Below, piece by piece: positions 25,668 through 37,439 of a stretch of DNA of 64,000 bases. Position numbers and translations under genes: made by a program. Under the pieces are notes generated by a model. It was not told where the DNA came from, made no database searches, and saw nothing but the letters and a program-made list of their open reading frames with translations. Positions within the stretch are counted from its first letter, which is position 1; each line of letters starts with the position of its first letter. Source of the stretch: an uncultured delta proteobacterium (GTDB lineage: Bacteria > Desulfobacterota > Syntrophobacteria > Syntrophobacterales > Syntrophobacteraceae); NCBI GenBank assembly GCA_963813125.1, contig CAWEZA010000054.1, forward strand, positions 1 to 64,000, in the 5' to 3' direction.

Positions 25668-26891
25668 TTAAGTGACGCCACCCTTGGCCGGCCCTGCCTC
25701 ACTCGGCCCCTTGTCTTCAGGTTCGCAGCTAAAGGCGCTCATGCCGGTTATGTGGCGGCCCAGGGACAAAATGTGGATGTCCCTGGTGCCTTCGTAGGTG
25801 TTCAGGGTTTCGAGATTGAGCATGTGGCGGATGGGTGGATATCCGAGGGTGATTCCGTTTGCTCCCAGAATCTCTCTGGCGCTCCGGGCGATCTTCAGGG
25901 CTTCGAAGGCGTTGTTCATTTTGGCCATCGAGATGTGTGCGGGGTTCGCACGGCCTTCGTCCTTGAGCCTTCCCAGCCGAATGCACATGAGTTGCGCCTT
26001 GGTGATCTCGGTGAGCATCAGGGCAAGCTTTTGCTGCACAAGTTGGAAGGACGCAATCGGTGCATGAAACTGGATTCTGGATTTTGCGTAGTTAAGGGCG
26101 GCTTCATAGCAGGCAATGGCCGCGCCTATGCTGCCCCAGGCTATGCCAAAGCGGCCTTCGTTAAGGCAGGTCAGGGCGGATTTGAGGCCCGCTGTACCCG
26201 GCAGGAGATTTTCCTCGGGAACGGACACATTGTCGAAATTAAGAACGGAGGTAACCGATGCGCGCATCGAAAACTTGCGCTCGACAGGGCGGGCGGTAAA
26301 TCCAGGCATTCCCTTTTCGAGCAGGAAACCGCGGATTTGTCCGGTCTCGGTCTTTGCCCACACCACGGCCACGTCGGCGATTGATCCGTTTGTAATCCAC
26401 ATCTTGCGGCCATTTAGAACATAGCTGCCTTGGTTCTTTACCGCCATCGAGCGCATGCCGCGGGGGTCTGAGCCGGCTTCGGGTTCGCTCAGGCCGAAGC
26501 AGCCGATTTTTCTGCCGCTTACAAGCTCCGGCAGCCACCGTTCCTTCTGTTCCCTGCTCCCAAAGGAATAGATGGGGTGGATTACCAGGGAGTTCATGAC
26601 CGAGACAAAAGAGCGAAGGGCTGAATCCCCACGTTCCAACTCCTGGCAAACCAAGCCGAATGAGAGGTTGTTCTTTCCCCGCCCGCCGTATTCGTTTAGC
26701 TTGATCCCCAATAATCCCATGGCCGCAATCTCGGGAATCAGTTCGAGCGGAAAAGAGCCCTCCTCGAAATAATCGGCCGCCCGGGGAAGGTATCGCCTGT
26801 CGACCCAGTTTCGCACTTCGTCCCGGATTTGCTTTTCATCCTCAGAAAGAAGGTCTTCGCATAAATAGAAGTCTGTGTGTCCTGAACTCAT
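25668..26891 (-). CDS. Acyl-CoA dehydrogenase, glutaryl-CoA dehydrogenase family
   Basis: The 407-aa protein has ACAD family architecture: GLSEPEAGSDPRGMRSMAV, YEGTRDIHILSLGRHITG and a catalytic Glu region. Confidence 0.8.
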   Translation of the reverse strand: MSSGHTDFYLCEDLLSEDEKQIRDEVRNWVDRRYLPRAADYFEEGSFPLELIPEIAAMGLLGIKLNEYGGRGKNNLSFGLVCQELERGDSALRSFVSVMNSLVIHPIYSFGSREQKERWLPELVSGRKIGCFGLSEPEAGSDPRGMRSMAVKNQGSYVLNGRKMWITNGSIADVAVVWAKTETGQIRGFLLEKGMPGFTARPVERKFSMRASVTSVLNFDNVSVPEENLLPGTAGLKSALTCLNEGRFGIAWGSIGAAIACYEAALNYAKSRIQFHAPIASFQLVQQKLALMLTEITKAQLMCIRLGRLKDEGRANPAHISMAKMNNAFEALKIARSAREILGANGITLGYPPIRHMLNLETLNTYEGTRDIHILSLGRHITGMSAFSCEPEDKGPSEAGPAKGGVT

Positions 26892-26975
26892 AGCGTCCCC
26901 CGGTGTCTAAATGCCGACAATGGACTAAAATCATGAAATCGACCTGCTCTTGATCCATCCGGCTTGTCGCCGGCG

Positions 26976-27356
26976 CTACAGGCGCCCCACGGAAAAATCG
27001 GGTGAGCAGCTGTAAATGGATTCAATCTCGGGCATGGATAACGGGGTCAAAAACTCTATTCCGCAGCGCAAGGCCGGCACCATAAAGGATGTGGTGGCGG
27101 GAGTGACGCTTCCGTATACGATCCGTGATGGAATCGATTTGCTAAAGGCCCTGAAGCCATACTTTATCACCACCTCGCAGGGACCCTCCATGCTAATGTC
27201 GATGTCGGACTGCAGAGGCAAAAATGTAAAGCACAGCCCCGACTTGCTAATATCCACCAGGGGCCCTATCAACGGGTAAATACCGCCGGCGGGCAAGGTG
27301 AGAATGACCATAAGCGGCGCGTGCGGAGTGTAACGGGTATGTTCTCGGGTCTCCAT
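26976..27356 (-). CDS. PilZ-domain (c-di-GMP binding) protein
   Basis: REHTRY...DISKSGLCF fits the PilZ RxxxR / DxSxxG motifs. The gene is downstream of ftsK on the same strand. Confidence 0.55.
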   Translation of the reverse strand: METREHTRYTPHAPLMVILTLPAGGIYPLIGPLVDISKSGLCFTFLPLQSDIDISMEGPCEVVIKYGFRAFSKSIPSRIVYGSVTPATTSFMVPALRCGIEFLTPLSMPEIESIYSCSPDFSVGRL

Positions 27357-27362
27357 CGCGTA

Positions 27363-29837
27363 TCACTCTTGCCGTGTCGATGCCAGAATCGTCCGGTTGC
27401 CGTTGTTTTCCATCGGGCTGACCAGGCCGGAGGCTTCCATCTGTTCAATGATCCTGGCCGCCCGGTTATAGCCGATCCTCAGGTGGCGTTGAACGGCCGA
27501 TATCGAGGCGCGCTGAGAGCTTATGACGAAGGCGACCGCATCCTCGTAGAGCGGGTCGGAGTCGCAGGCAAAACGATCCGCATCGGAGGAAGCATCATCG
27601 CCTGCTTCCGCCGGTCCCCCGAGCACTTCTTCCAGATAGCGGGGTTCTCCGAACTGCTTGAGATGTTCGGCCACCGCCTGGACTTCCTCGTCTGCTACAA
27701 AGGCGCCGTGCACCCGTTGCGGATAGCCCGATCCGGGCGGCAGATAGAGCATGTCGCCTTGCCCCAACAAACATTCAGCGCCCATCTGGTCTAAAATCGT
27801 GCGGCTGTCGACCCTGGAGGAAACCTGAAAGGCGATCCGGGTGGGGATATTGGCCTTGATAAGCCCGGTAATGACATCGACCGAAGGGCGCTGAGTGGCC
27901 ACGATGAGGTGAATGCCGGCGGCCCGCGCTTTTTGCGCAAGCCTGGCGATCAGTTCTTCGATTTTTTTTCCGGCCGTCATCATCAAATCGGCGAGTTCAT
28001 CGACCACAACCACTATGTATGGGAGCGGAGAAAGCACCGCCCGGTTTTCCCGGCCCGAAGGGTCGGCCAGTGGTTTCCCGGCTGCCGCGGCATCCTGAAC
28101 TTTTTGATTGTAGCCTGCAAGATTTCGGACGTGAAGAGAGTTCAGCAGCCTGTATCGTTTATCCATTTCCCACACGCACCAGTTGAGCGCATTGGCGGCA
28201 AGCTTCATATCCGTTACAACCGGGGCGAGCAAATGGGGAATGCCGTCGTAGATGGACAACTCCAGCATCTTTGGGTCGATCATCACGAACCGGACTTCCG
28301 CGGGCGTCGCCCTGTAGAGCAGCGACAGGATCATGGCGTTTAAGCCCACCGATTTACCCGAACCCGTCGTCCCGGCCACCAGCATGTGGGGCGCTCTGGC
28401 CAGATCGGCCACCACCGGCTCACCCGTGATGTCTTTTCCGAGCGCCATGGCGAGCTTCGATTTATGCGACCGGAAAACCTCCGACGAGAGCACCTCCGAA
28501 AGTCGGATCATCTGGCGGCGCTCATTGGGAAGCTCCAAGCCCATGCACGTTTTGCCGGGGATAGTTTCCACCATGCGGATGGACGCAACCCCCAAGGCGC
28601 GGGCGAGATCCTTCATAAGACTCACCACCTGTCCGCCGCGCACCCCCACGGCAGGCTGCACTTCATAGCGCGTGATGACAGGGCCTGCGTATGCGTCTTG
28701 TACGTTCACCTTCACACGAAACTCGGCGAGCTTTTCCTCGATAAGGATGCCTCCGTTTATCAAATCGTCCTGGCTCACCGGGGCAATTGCCGAATCGGCG
28801 GGGTGAAGAAGCGAAGGGGGCGGAAGTGACAAATCATAACCGAATTCAAAGCTGAAAGGGTTGCTCGCGCCACCCGCATCGCAGAGTCCGTTCGTTTTGA
28901 CCTCCGGCTCACAAAAGATCACTCCGGCGGCAGGGGTTTGGCTGGAAGCCGGCACTTCTGCCGACTGCTCACCATCGAGATGACAGGCGGGTTCTATCTC
29001 CCGGGGACTTTCTTTCTCCCCAACCGTTGACCAGGCGGGTATGAGGAGTCCTTCGGGGAACCCGCGGGAGTCAGCGCCGCAAGTTTGCCGGGGCACCGTT
29101 CTCTCGGTCTCCCCACTCTGAATGGCGGATGGTTTGGCGGTGGAGCCCGACAGCCGTTCTTCACCGGTTTTTGCAAGACGCCTGCGGACTTCCTCCATAT
29201 CCTTCGTGAGACCGAAGCGGGACGTTTGCCGGGCGGCTTGCGCCGCTGGACCGAGTTTTCCGGTTCGAGGCCTGTTTTCAACCTTTTCCGGTGCGATCGT
29301 CTCTTTAGAGACAATCCCCCGGGCAGGCTTCTTGAAGCCCGACCATGCCGTTTCGCTGTCAGCGGCAAACCTTATGGAATTTTGAGGAATCAACACGGGT
29401 GCCGCGGAAACCGCGGGATGGGCCCGGAATGTCCATGAATCGAAAAGATATTCCGGATTCGATTTAGCTTTCGGCAGAGTCTCCCGCGTGCGCGGAAGGG
29501 GAGCGCGAGCCCGCGTGGGCACAACCGCCCGTTCGCGCAGCCTCGGGTTTTCCCTGCCGGTTTCCTTCTCCGGGGAACAGTGCTGATCGGTTGAGCGGCG
29601 CGACGGCGAAGTCGTCATGCCGATTGCATCCAGCAACTCCCCCCAGGAGAGTTTAAACCAGTGCGGAACGCCGATCGCAATCCCGAATCCTGCGAGCGAG
29701 AGCGCAATCCAGTGTGACCACGGACTAATCGCCGCCCCACCGATCACGCATGAGGTGGCCAATCTTCGCCACAGTTTGCCAGAATTTCTGTCCGGACCCA
29801 TTCCCGCACTTATCCATTCGGCCGAAAAGCGCATCAA
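27363..29837 (-). CDS. ftsK: DNA translocase FtsK/SpoIIIE
   Basis: N-terminal TM segments, a Pro/Ser-rich linker, a motor domain ([10 protein letters not shown] Walker A; [24 protein letters not shown]) and a C-terminal gamma winged-helix ([30 protein letters not shown]). Confidence 0.9.
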   Translation of the reverse strand: MMRFSAEWISAGMGPDRNSGKLWRRLATSCVIGGAAISPWSHWIALSLAGFGIAIGVPHWFKLSWGELLDAIGMTTSPSRRSTDQHCSPEKETGRENPRLRERAVVPTRARAPLPRTRETLPKAKSNPEYLFDSWTFRAHPAVSAAPVLIPQNSIRFAADSETAWSGFKKPARGIVSKETIAPEKVENRPRTGKLGPAAQAARQTSRFGLTKDMEEVRRRLAKTGEERLSGSTAKPSAIQSGETERTVPRQTCGADSRGFPEGLLIPAWSTVGEKESPREIEPACHLDGEQSAEVPASSQTPAAGVIFCEPEVKTNGLCDAGGASNPFSFEFGYDLSLPPPSLLHPADSAIAPVSQDDLINGGILIEEKLAEFRVKVNVQDAYAGPVITRYEVQPAVGVRGGQVVSLMKDLARALGVASIRMVETIPGKTCMGLELPNERRQMIRLSEVLSSEVFRSHKSKLAMALGKDITGEPVVADLARAPHMLVAGTTGSGKSVGLNAMILSLLYRATPAEVRFVMIDPKMLELSIYDGIPHLLAPVVTDMKLAANALNWCVWEMDKRYRLLNSLHVRNLAGYNQKVQDAAAAGKPLADPSGRENRAVLSPLPYIVVVVDELADLMMTAGKKIEELIARLAQKARAAGIHLIVATQRPSVDVITGLIKANIPTRIAFQVSSRVDSRTILDQMGAECLLGQGDMLYLPPGSGYPQRVHGAFVADEEVQAVAEHLKQFGEPRYLEEVLGGPAEAGDDASSDADRFACDSDPLYEDAVAFVISSQRASISAVQRHLRIGYNRAARIIEQMEASGLVSPMENNGNRTILASTRQE

Positions 29838-30809
29838 ATCCCTACGCTACGGCATCGGATCGAAACGTACCCTCTGCGATATTCGCCATTTGTTTCGGAA
29901 TTGCACTGCCATTAAACCTCTTGGAAGGGGCTTAGTCAACCCTGTTGCCGGTGCCAACCGCTCGAACCAGAAAATTGAGCAATATCGTACTATATTCTAT
30001 TTTTATCATGAAAACCAAGGGTTTCAGTAAAAAGAGATCACTTCGGTGGGGCGTCTGGCCGATATTTAGCGCCGGTCTTTTCCACATGATGATGCATACA
30101 GTCGTGCGGGGTTGGCTTAAAAAGTGGTTTGCCGCTGAAGAGTGGAAATTGGCCGGGTCAGGGGATTCCATTTTACATCATTTCACGCGTCAGGAAAAAT
30201 GTGTCGGTAAAATTGTTTCTTAGCAGTTTTTATATTGATTCGCATATTATTTATGATACTATCGCCACAATTATAACAAAGCGGCAACTTCAGCCGCATC
30301 AGTTTTACAGATAGATACTATTCAGCCTCAGGTTCCCGGTTAATGTCCCGTTGAAAGGAAACGCGCGATTTTCATCGCGGCGTTTCATGCAGTGCATAAT
30401 CGGTGTCACGAGTTTCTTTTTGCATTACCTGATAGCAGCCCCAAATTAGGTCACGGATGAAAACCAGAGCCGAATTTCAATTTGGTTTGGTCATGACTTA
30501 TATGCCGGGGGCGGATAGAGGGTGAGCAGCCGTCGTTTGGCGGTCCATTCCATGACTTCCTGATTCATTTGAGCGTTTTCCTGTGGGCAGAGGTATGGAC
30601 CGAGCTTAGCCGCTTGTATTGCCTAAAATTACTGCTCAGAGCTTTTCCCGCGCCGGTAGTCCATGTTGCGGGGCTTGCCTGAGGTTTGTCGGATGGCGGT
30701 AAAACCCGGTTTGCGTGCGGGGGAGTGTTTCCCCACCCGGGATTTGGCCACAAGGGCTTTTCGAGTGTGGCCGAGCGTCGGGTCTTAGTGTAATCGAGTT
30801 GGCGGAGCT

Positions 30810-32865
30810 ATGGTGGCGTTTCATCTGAAGCAGAGTCAAGGAAAAGCTCGACTCCATTTCCCGTGCCTCAGCCGGACAGGGCGGGGCGCGAGGGTTGCTC
30901 ATGAGTCTTTCGTTCTAACTTTTGGTCTGCTCATAGTCATTTGTATCCTGGTCTTTCCGGCTTATGGCGTCAAAGCCATCGATAGACCCGGAATCGATCC
31001 GGGTTCCATCCGGAATCGGCGGCCGCGGCTGTATCTCACCAGCCAAAAGATCCGGAGCATCAAATCAAACCTTTCCAGGTATCCTTTTTCCAAGTTCTGG
31101 GCCTACACGAAGGCAATGGCTGACCGGTGGGCAACTGTTACCCCTCCCGCCCGGCCTTCCGGGGATATCCGCTGGATCGGCAATACGTTGCCTTATATTT
31201 CCATGGCCTATCTATTGACGGGTGATAAGAAATACCTCGACGCGGCGATCGGGTGGATGAATGCGATCTGTTCGTATACAAGTTGGGATGGGGATAAGGA
31301 TCTTGGAGCGGCCCATCTTCTCTTCGGGATGTCGATAGCCTACGATTGGCTCCATGACAGGTTCACCCCCCGGCAACTCCGGACTTACCGCGAAACGATC
31401 GAGCGCCATGCCGGGATTTTATATCGCTGTTTGTACAACAGGGGAGCCTGGTGGGCCACCGAATACCTGCAGAACCACAACTACGTAAATTCGGCGTCTA
31501 TTGGAGTGGCGGGGTTGGCCCTCTATGGAGAAAGCGCTTCTGCCCGATCATACATCGCCGCGGCAAGAGAGGACTTCCAAAAGGTGCTCCCGCTGCTCTC
31601 ACCCGAGGGTGCGACCCACGAAGGCGTAGGCTACTGGGGATACGGAACCCAGGGCATTCTCGAATATTATGAGGCGATGCGGCCGATATTTGGAATGGAC
31701 GATATCGTAAACAGCGGTTTCTTTCGGAACACCGCCAGGTTTCGGCTCTATTGCTCGCTCCCCGGTTATGTGGACAATGTGGACTTTGCCGATTCGCCAC
31801 GATTCGATTGGTATGGGGCCCGGATACATTCTCCGGGAGTTGGCCGGGCTTTTTGGCGACGGAACGGCCCAATGGCTGGCCGAGCGCATAGAGGGCGCGC
31901 GGGGATCGGGCGCGCTCATGTCCTGGCTGGATTTGATCTGGTATGACCCTTCCGTTAAGTCCGTACCCCCGGATAAAATGCCAACGAGCGCATATTTTAA
32001 AAACCTCGGGATTCTGATCGTAAGATCCAGCTGGGCGGACGATGCGTGCTGGGTTTTTTTCAAGGCCGCGCCCCCCCAGGGCTACTGGGCGTTGAGTAAA
32101 CACCGGTTCACCGGTTCTCACATCCACCCGGACGAAGGCCAGTTTCTGATATGGAACGACGGCAAATGGCTCGTGATAGATGACGGCTATGTCTTCCTCA
32201 AAAGAACCTCAAATCACAACGTCTGTACATTCAACGGGACCGGGCAGCTTGGGGAAGGGCGGATGTGGTTCGATGAGGCGCCCCTGCGAGTGCTCGGAAA
32301 AACTCCCGTAACCGTTTACGGCGCAAAAAGTCATTCGGGCTGCCGCTACATCGACGCGGATTTAACCGACATCTACGGCCCGGGCGCAAGCCTTCGGAGC
32401 TACAGGAGAACCTTCGTAGCGTTTCCTTCGGGTTACGTCGTGGTAAGAGACAGGGTCCGCTTTAAAAAACCCTCCGATCTTGTGGATTTGGTCCACCTTG
32501 GAACGGGGGCCGTCAAGAAAACCGGAAGTGAAAGCTTTACCTTTTCAGGCGGTGGGGTGGGCCTGGGTATAGACGTATATTCCATAAATAATCTGCAAAC
32601 ACATACCTCCACTTTCAGCATCCCCCCGGGCGAGCAGGGCGGCAGCGGCAGCGGAAATTTCACCGGCAGCCTGCTGCGGGTCGAACACGCGCGCTCCGGT
32701 GGCGATACGCTCGTTTGGGTCTTAAGGCCTTTTAAGGCTGGGGCAACGCTGTCTTCGCCAAAGGCCGCGTTGCTATCGGGCGGAGACAAGTTCTCCTTTG
32801 CCGACTCCAGGATGCGTTTTAGTATCGATTTTGCCGACCGGTCGGTTTCTATCGGCCCGCAATGA
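30810..32865 (+). pseudogene. Heparinase II/III-like protein with an apparent single-base frameshift in a G4C3 run (~31815-31821)
   Basis: ORF 30810..31946 holds the N-terminal alpha/alpha-toroid region and ORF 31768..32865 the C-terminal Hepar_II_III domain. Reading ...FADSPRFDWYG|PGYILRELAG across frames restores continuity. Confidence 0.7.
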
Positions 32866-32927
32866 CTTGCCCACGGGGAGTCTTTGCGCGTTGATTTCGC
32901 CGCACACCCGAAAGGAACCATAGGTCC

Positions 32928-34499
32928 ATGCCGTCAAAAGAACCGGAAAGCGGGTCTGGACGGTCCACTGCGGGCTTTATCGCCGTTTCCGGCGCGCAGG
33001 TCATGGGTGCCCGCCTGGCGCTTACCGCCATGTCGGTCGCCTTTACGATGTACCTTGCGAGAGTCCTTTCCACGACCGTTTTCGCATTGTTTGTCGTCTA
33101 CGGGATAGTTTGCAACCTGGTCAGGGTCTTTTCCGACCCGGGAATTGCCGCGACGGGCCATCAGAAGATCCCGGGGCTGCTGGCCGCGGGCGACGTTGAA
33201 GGCGTGCGCGGCCTCATAAAGCTTGGTCTCATCAGCAGGCTGGTTTCCGCCTTGATTTGCGTGGCGGTTGCCGCAATTTGCGCTTCCTGGATTTCCCGGG
33301 TGTTTCTAAAGACCGATCAGTATACCGCGGCAGTTCTTTTTATGTTGCCCGGGGCATTTTTTGTGGCCGTTTCCGACCCGCTTCGCCTTATCGCGCAATC
33401 CGTTGGGCGCTTTGGGCTCATTGGCATTTCCGACCTTGTAAGCGGCATGGTAATGCCGTTTGCGTCGATAGGACTATATCTCGTCCTGGGTGTAAACTGG
33501 TATTTCATCGGAATGGCTTTTGGGCCATTTTTAAGATTTTGCATGATCCTCCACGGGGTAAGAAACTGGGTGTTCGGGCAGGGGCGCATCCCTGGTATTG
33601 CCGGGGTTTTCAAGTACTCGCTTCCTTTTTGTCTTCGCGGGTATTTGAGGTTTGCCCAGGCGGAAGGCGACAAGATCATTACGGGTATCCTCATGCCTCC
33701 CGCCATGCTCGCCGGCTACGGTATCGCGCGCAATTTCATCGACCTGTTGGACATGCTGGGAGAATCCGTCTCCGGGCCCAGCGTGGTGAAGCTCGCTCAG
33801 ACACGATTTGAGCCTCCCACGGTGCAATCGGAAGCATTCACCGGTGTGGCACGTTTTGGAGTAATGACTCTCGTGCCGCCCTGCCTTGCCGTCGCCTGTG
33901 CCGGCCCTTTCCTGATGAGTCTTTACGGCGGCCATAAATACTATGGGTTCTGGCCGATCCTTGCTACACTTGCCGTCGCCCACGCCATTTCTTTTATGGC
34001 GAAATTTTACGGCAACAATATGCTCTTTGCTGTGGGGGAGCCTCAAATGACCTTGGCTGCGGATGGAATACCTGGGGCTTTCAACGTCTTTTTAAGCGCT
34101 CTTCTTATCCGGACCCTCGGCCGATGGGGCATTGCGTGGTCGCAGCTTCTAACCTACGTTCTGGCATTCCTGGTCTCAAGGCATCTTTTAAACAAGTTGA
34201 TTCGGACAAAAATTGTCCTTAAGGACTGGCTCGTCTTGATGAAGGCGTTCCTTCCGGCGGCAGTCGTCGTCGTTTTAGCGCAAATCCTTACCGCCAGGAT
34301 TCCGATACTCGCCGCGTGCATGCTTGCCGGCGCGGTTTTGTTCGCGGTTTTGCTGACGCTTTCGATCAGCGACAGCGACCGGGCTGTACTGGAATCTTTC
34401 CTGCCGGGGTCGATACGGTTTGGCGTAAACCGGATTCGCGAGCTGTTGTCCACGATAGGAAGCAAGGCCATTGCCGCAAAGGCGAAAGATGCTCGATGA
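32928..34499 (+). CDS. wzx: Polysaccharide biosynthesis protein / Wzx-type flippase (MOP superfamily)
   Basis: The 523-aa protein has ~12-14 predicted TM helices and sits in a glycosyltransferase-rich locus. Confidence 0.7.
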   Translation: MPSKEPESGSGRSTAGFIAVSGAQVMGARLALTAMSVAFTMYLARVLSTTVFALFVVYGIVCNLVRVFSDPGIAATGHQKIPGLLAAGDVEGVRGLIKLGLISRLVSALICVAVAAICASWISRVFLKTDQYTAAVLFMLPGAFFVAVSDPLRLIAQSVGRFGLIGISDLVSGMVMPFASIGLYLVLGVNWYFIGMAFGPFLRFCMILHGVRNWVFGQGRIPGIAGVFKYSLPFCLRGYLRFAQAEGDKIITGILMPPAMLAGYGIARNFIDLLDMLGESVSGPSVVKLAQTRFEPPTVQSEAFTGVARFGVMTLVPPCLAVACAGPFLMSLYGGHKYYGFWPILATLAVAHAISFMAKFYGNNMLFAVGEPQMTLAADGIPGAFNVFLSALLIRTLGRWGIAWSQLLTYVLAFLVSRHLLNKLIRTKIVLKDWLVLMKAFLPAAVVVVLAQILTARIPILAACMLAGAVLFAVLLTLSISDSDRAVLESFLPGSIRFGVNRIRELLSTIGSKAIAAKAKDAR

Positions 34500-35710
34500 A
34501 CCATAAGAGCCGCCCAATCCGTGTTCTGTCTACCATTGACCAGTACTGGCCGTTTGTCGGAGGTGCGGAGAATATCGCATTAAGAGTTGTCCGGCTGACC
34601 AATGGCCCTCAAGTCGTGAACAACGTGCTTACAGTCGCCTCGGATAGAATTGTGGAGCTTTCGGGGGGCAGGTTTATCCGATATGAAAAAACCGATGACA
34701 ATTACAAGATATACCGCTTCAGGCCGGTATCAATTTACGGAAAGCGAAGGAACGGTCCATACACCAGATATATAAATTTATTAAGGTACATAGTTAATTT
34801 GGTGACGCTGCGCCGCGAGTATGACATAATACATGCGCACACCTATTACTGGCCTGCCATAGCCGGGGTTATAGCAGGTAAACTGTTGCGCAAAAAGGTC
34901 ATAGTAACCGGTCACAATACATTGGTAAGACTTGAAAATGAGGTTTCCAATGGCGTATATCCATGTTTTATGGTGCCTCTTTTACGGTCATGCGACATTT
35001 ATGTCGCAATCAGTAATGGTATATTCAATGAGTGCCGTGGAATTCTAGGTATATATCCAAAAAAAATAAGACTTATACCCAATGACATAGACGATGGACA
35101 GTTCAGTCCGATCGACGAGGCGGGCAAAAAGGATCTGTGCGAAAAGTTGGGTCTACCCTTTTCGGGTCCAATCATCATCTGCCATGGCAGACTGGAAAAA
35201 CATAAGAATGTTCAGTTGCTGATCAGGGCGATCGCAAAAGTAAAAGAGTGTGGAATTAAACTTAAATGCATCGTGGCAGGCAATGGTTCATACAAAAGGG
35301 AGCTTCTGGAACTCTCGTCTTCTCTGGACTTGGGAGATTTTGTACAGTTTATCCCTTTTAGCGTCAACGTGGAAGAATACGTTAAATGCAGTGATATTTT
35401 TTGCATTCCGTCCCGGTATGAAGGGCATCCTCTGGCCTTGCTGGAGGGTATGGCCTGCGGCCTCGTGTGTCTTGCATCAAATATTGACGGAAATATCGAT
35501 ATAGTTGAAGATGGCTCCAACGGGTATTTATTCGAGCCCGATTCGGTTGAGGGGCTCTCGGAACTGATCGTGCGTGTTCTGAATCTCGAATCTGATACGA
35601 TAATCAGGAAGGCTGCAAGAAGGACAATCGAAAGTCGCTTCAGTGCGGGCGCCATGGCTGACTCTTACAGGAAACTGTATGTGGAACTTATGAACGGAGG
35701 CGGCAGGTGA
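34496..35710 (+). CDS. Glycosyltransferase family 4
   Basis: EGHPLALLEGMACGLVCLASNIDGNIDIVEDGSNGYLFEP is the GT4 C-terminal EX7E motif. The ATGA start overlaps the flippase stop. Confidence 0.85.
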   Translation: MNHKSRPIRVLSTIDQYWPFVGGAENIALRVVRLTNGPQVVNNVLTVASDRIVELSGGRFIRYEKTDDNYKIYRFRPVSIYGKRRNGPYTRYINLLRYIVNLVTLRREYDIIHAHTYYWPAIAGVIAGKLLRKKVIVTGHNTLVRLENEVSNGVYPCFMVPLLRSCDIYVAISNGIFNECRGILGIYPKKIRLIPNDIDDGQFSPIDEAGKKDLCEKLGLPFSGPIIICHGRLEKHKNVQLLIRAIAKVKECGIKLKCIVAGNGSYKRELLELSSSLDLGDFVQFIPFSVNVEEYVKCSDIFCIPSRYEGHPLALLEGMACGLVCLASNIDGNIDIVEDGSNGYLFEPDSVEGLSELIVRVLNLESDTIIRKAARRTIESRFSAGAMADSYRKLYVELMNGGGR

Positions 35711-36357
35711 TGGCGGAAAACCTGGAGATCGGCTATCACCTTAAAGAGCTCGCTATAGCGCTTAACCCGGCCGATCCCCGGCATCATCTCCCAACGATTT
35801 TTTCAGCCGATAAAACGGTCCTCGATATCGGCTGTGGAATCGGCCAGACACTCGTTGCGTGTAACCATGGCGCGGGTGGGCTTTTTGTGGGCATGGATAT
35901 TGATTTTGAAAGCCTGTCGTTTGGCCGCGGGCAATTCGGGTCGATAACATATATAAACGGAAGCGCCGATGCATTGCCGTTTGCAGGTGATGCCTTCGAC
36001 GTCATAATTTCGCGAGTGTCTCTTCATCACACCAATATTCCGGTCACTATAAAGGAAATGTATAGAGTTGCCAGGGCTGGAGGGAGAATCTGGTTAAGCC
36101 TGCAATCTATCCGGTTTCCGGTTCGCTACCTTATAAATGGGATTGGAAACAGGAAGCCTGGTGCGACTCTTTACTATTTATACGTCATATTTAACGGTAT
36201 CTGTTTTAATCAGTTTCGAAAGGTATACCGTCACCCAACCCGCCATACATATGAATCTTTCCAAAGTGGTGGCGGCATGAAGCGCATGCTGGAGCACGCG
36301 GGGTTTCGTGGGGTTTCGGTAGATCTTCCTACATTTATAGTGACCGCGCACAAATGA
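35707..36357 (+). CDS. Class I SAM-dependent methyltransferase
   Basis: VLDIGCGIGQTL (motif I) and DVIISRVSLHH. Confidence 0.75.
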   Translation: MMAENLEIGYHLKELAIALNPADPRHHLPTIFSADKTVLDIGCGIGQTLVACNHGAGGLFVGMDIDFESLSFGRGQFGSITYINGSADALPFAGDAFDVIISRVSLHHTNIPVTIKEMYRVARAGGRIWLSLQSIRFPVRYLINGIGNRKPGATLYYLYVIFNGICFNQFRKVYRHPTRHTYESFQSGGGMKRMLEHAGFRGVSVDLPTFIVTAHK

Positions 36358-36428
36358 AAAATGGATTTTGACGCCGATTAAATCCGCGGCGAAAACCATC
36401 ATGGTAACCGGAACGCAACAGATACTCT

Positions 36429-37439
36429 ATGGAACTAATAGTTACCGTAGACACCGAGGCCGACTACCAGTGGCGTAGAGCAAAGGATGTAACCACGGAG
36501 AACATCCTGTACTTGCGCCCTTTTCAGGAACTTTGCGCTCGGTTCGGAGTCCGTCCGACCTACCTCGTTACTTCGGAGATCGCGCTCGATCCCAGGGGGG
36601 GGCGATTTTTGAAGCCTCTAGTTGAAGAAGACCTTGCCGAAGTCGGGGCTCACCTGCATCCGTGGACAACGCCCCCATTTTTCGACACTACGGGTCTTCG
36701 CTACAACGATCCTGTGCATCTTTTCCCGTCCGAACTGGGAAGCGAGCTTTTTCGGATGAAGATGGAGAATTTAACCGGGCAGATTTTCAGTGCGCTCGGA
36801 AGAATGCCCCGGTCTTATCGTGCCGGCAGGTTTGGCTACGACGACACCTGCGCGGCAACGCTCAGTCGGTTGGGGTATCTCGTTGACTCATCGGTCACCC
36901 CTCTAGTGTCCTGGCGGGAGGTAAGGGATGTTGGAACAGGTGGATGGCCAGACTTTTCAAAAAAGTCCATCTTTCCATACCGGACTTTGACGGACGGTTT
37001 TCCCTTCCTCGAGATCCCGGTTACGATCGCTTACACATCAGGACTATTGCAAAAACACCCGAGGTTTTTAAATCTTCACAACCTGTGCGTTCGCATCGCG
37101 GGCAGGGTAGACCGATTTTCTTTTCGTCCTCTACAACCTTTGTGGTTAAGGCCCCTTCCAGGGATGGAGTTAAAGGACCTTGTCGGGGTTTGGAGAGCGG
37201 CTGAGCGGTTGGGAGCCCCCTTTGGCGTCATGATGTTCCATTCGAGTGAGTTGATGCCTGCGGGCAGCCCCTACAGACCGAGCGCTGTATCCGTCAATGC
37301 GCTGCTTGAGCTTTTGGAAGGTTTTTTTAAGTTCGTTCGCAATACCGGTGGTTGCTCTGTCACTCTTTCCGAGGCCGGCGAAAGCTTGACGGCCGGTTTG
37401 CACGTATCCGTGCCGGCAGAGAGCGCTTGGCATAGATGA
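36429..37439 (+). CDS. Polysaccharide deacetylase-like protein (WalW-type)
   Basis: ELIVTVDTEADYQW...GAHLHPWTTPPF resembles the WalW/CE4-like pattern. Confidence 0.45.
   Translation: MELIVTVDTEADYQWRRAKDVTTENILYLRPFQELCARFGVRPTYLVTSEIALDPRGGRFLKPLVEEDLAEVGAHLHPWTTPPFFDTTGLRYNDPVHLFPSELGSELFRMKMENLTGQIFSALGRMPRSYRAGRFGYDDTCAATLSRLGYLVDSSVTPLVSWREVRDVGTGGWPDFSKKSIFPYRTLTDGFPFLEIPVTIAYTSGLLQKHPRFLNLHNLCVRIAGRVDRFSFRPLQPLWLRPLPGMELKDLVGVWRAAERLGAPFGVMMFHSSELMPAGSPYRPSAVSVNALLELLEGFFKFVRNTGGCSVTLSEAGESLTAGLHVSVPAESAWHR

Noticed and set aside
25353-26384. 343-aa ORF on the + strand
   Set aside because: It is antisense to the acyl-CoA dehydrogenase gene. There is no RBS or motif.
30640-30720. ops/JUMPstart-like element (GCCGGTAG..., GGCGGTAAAAC)
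   Set aside because: It matches only 7/12 of the ops consensus GGCGGTAGCGTG. There is no evidence of RfaH-dependent regulation.
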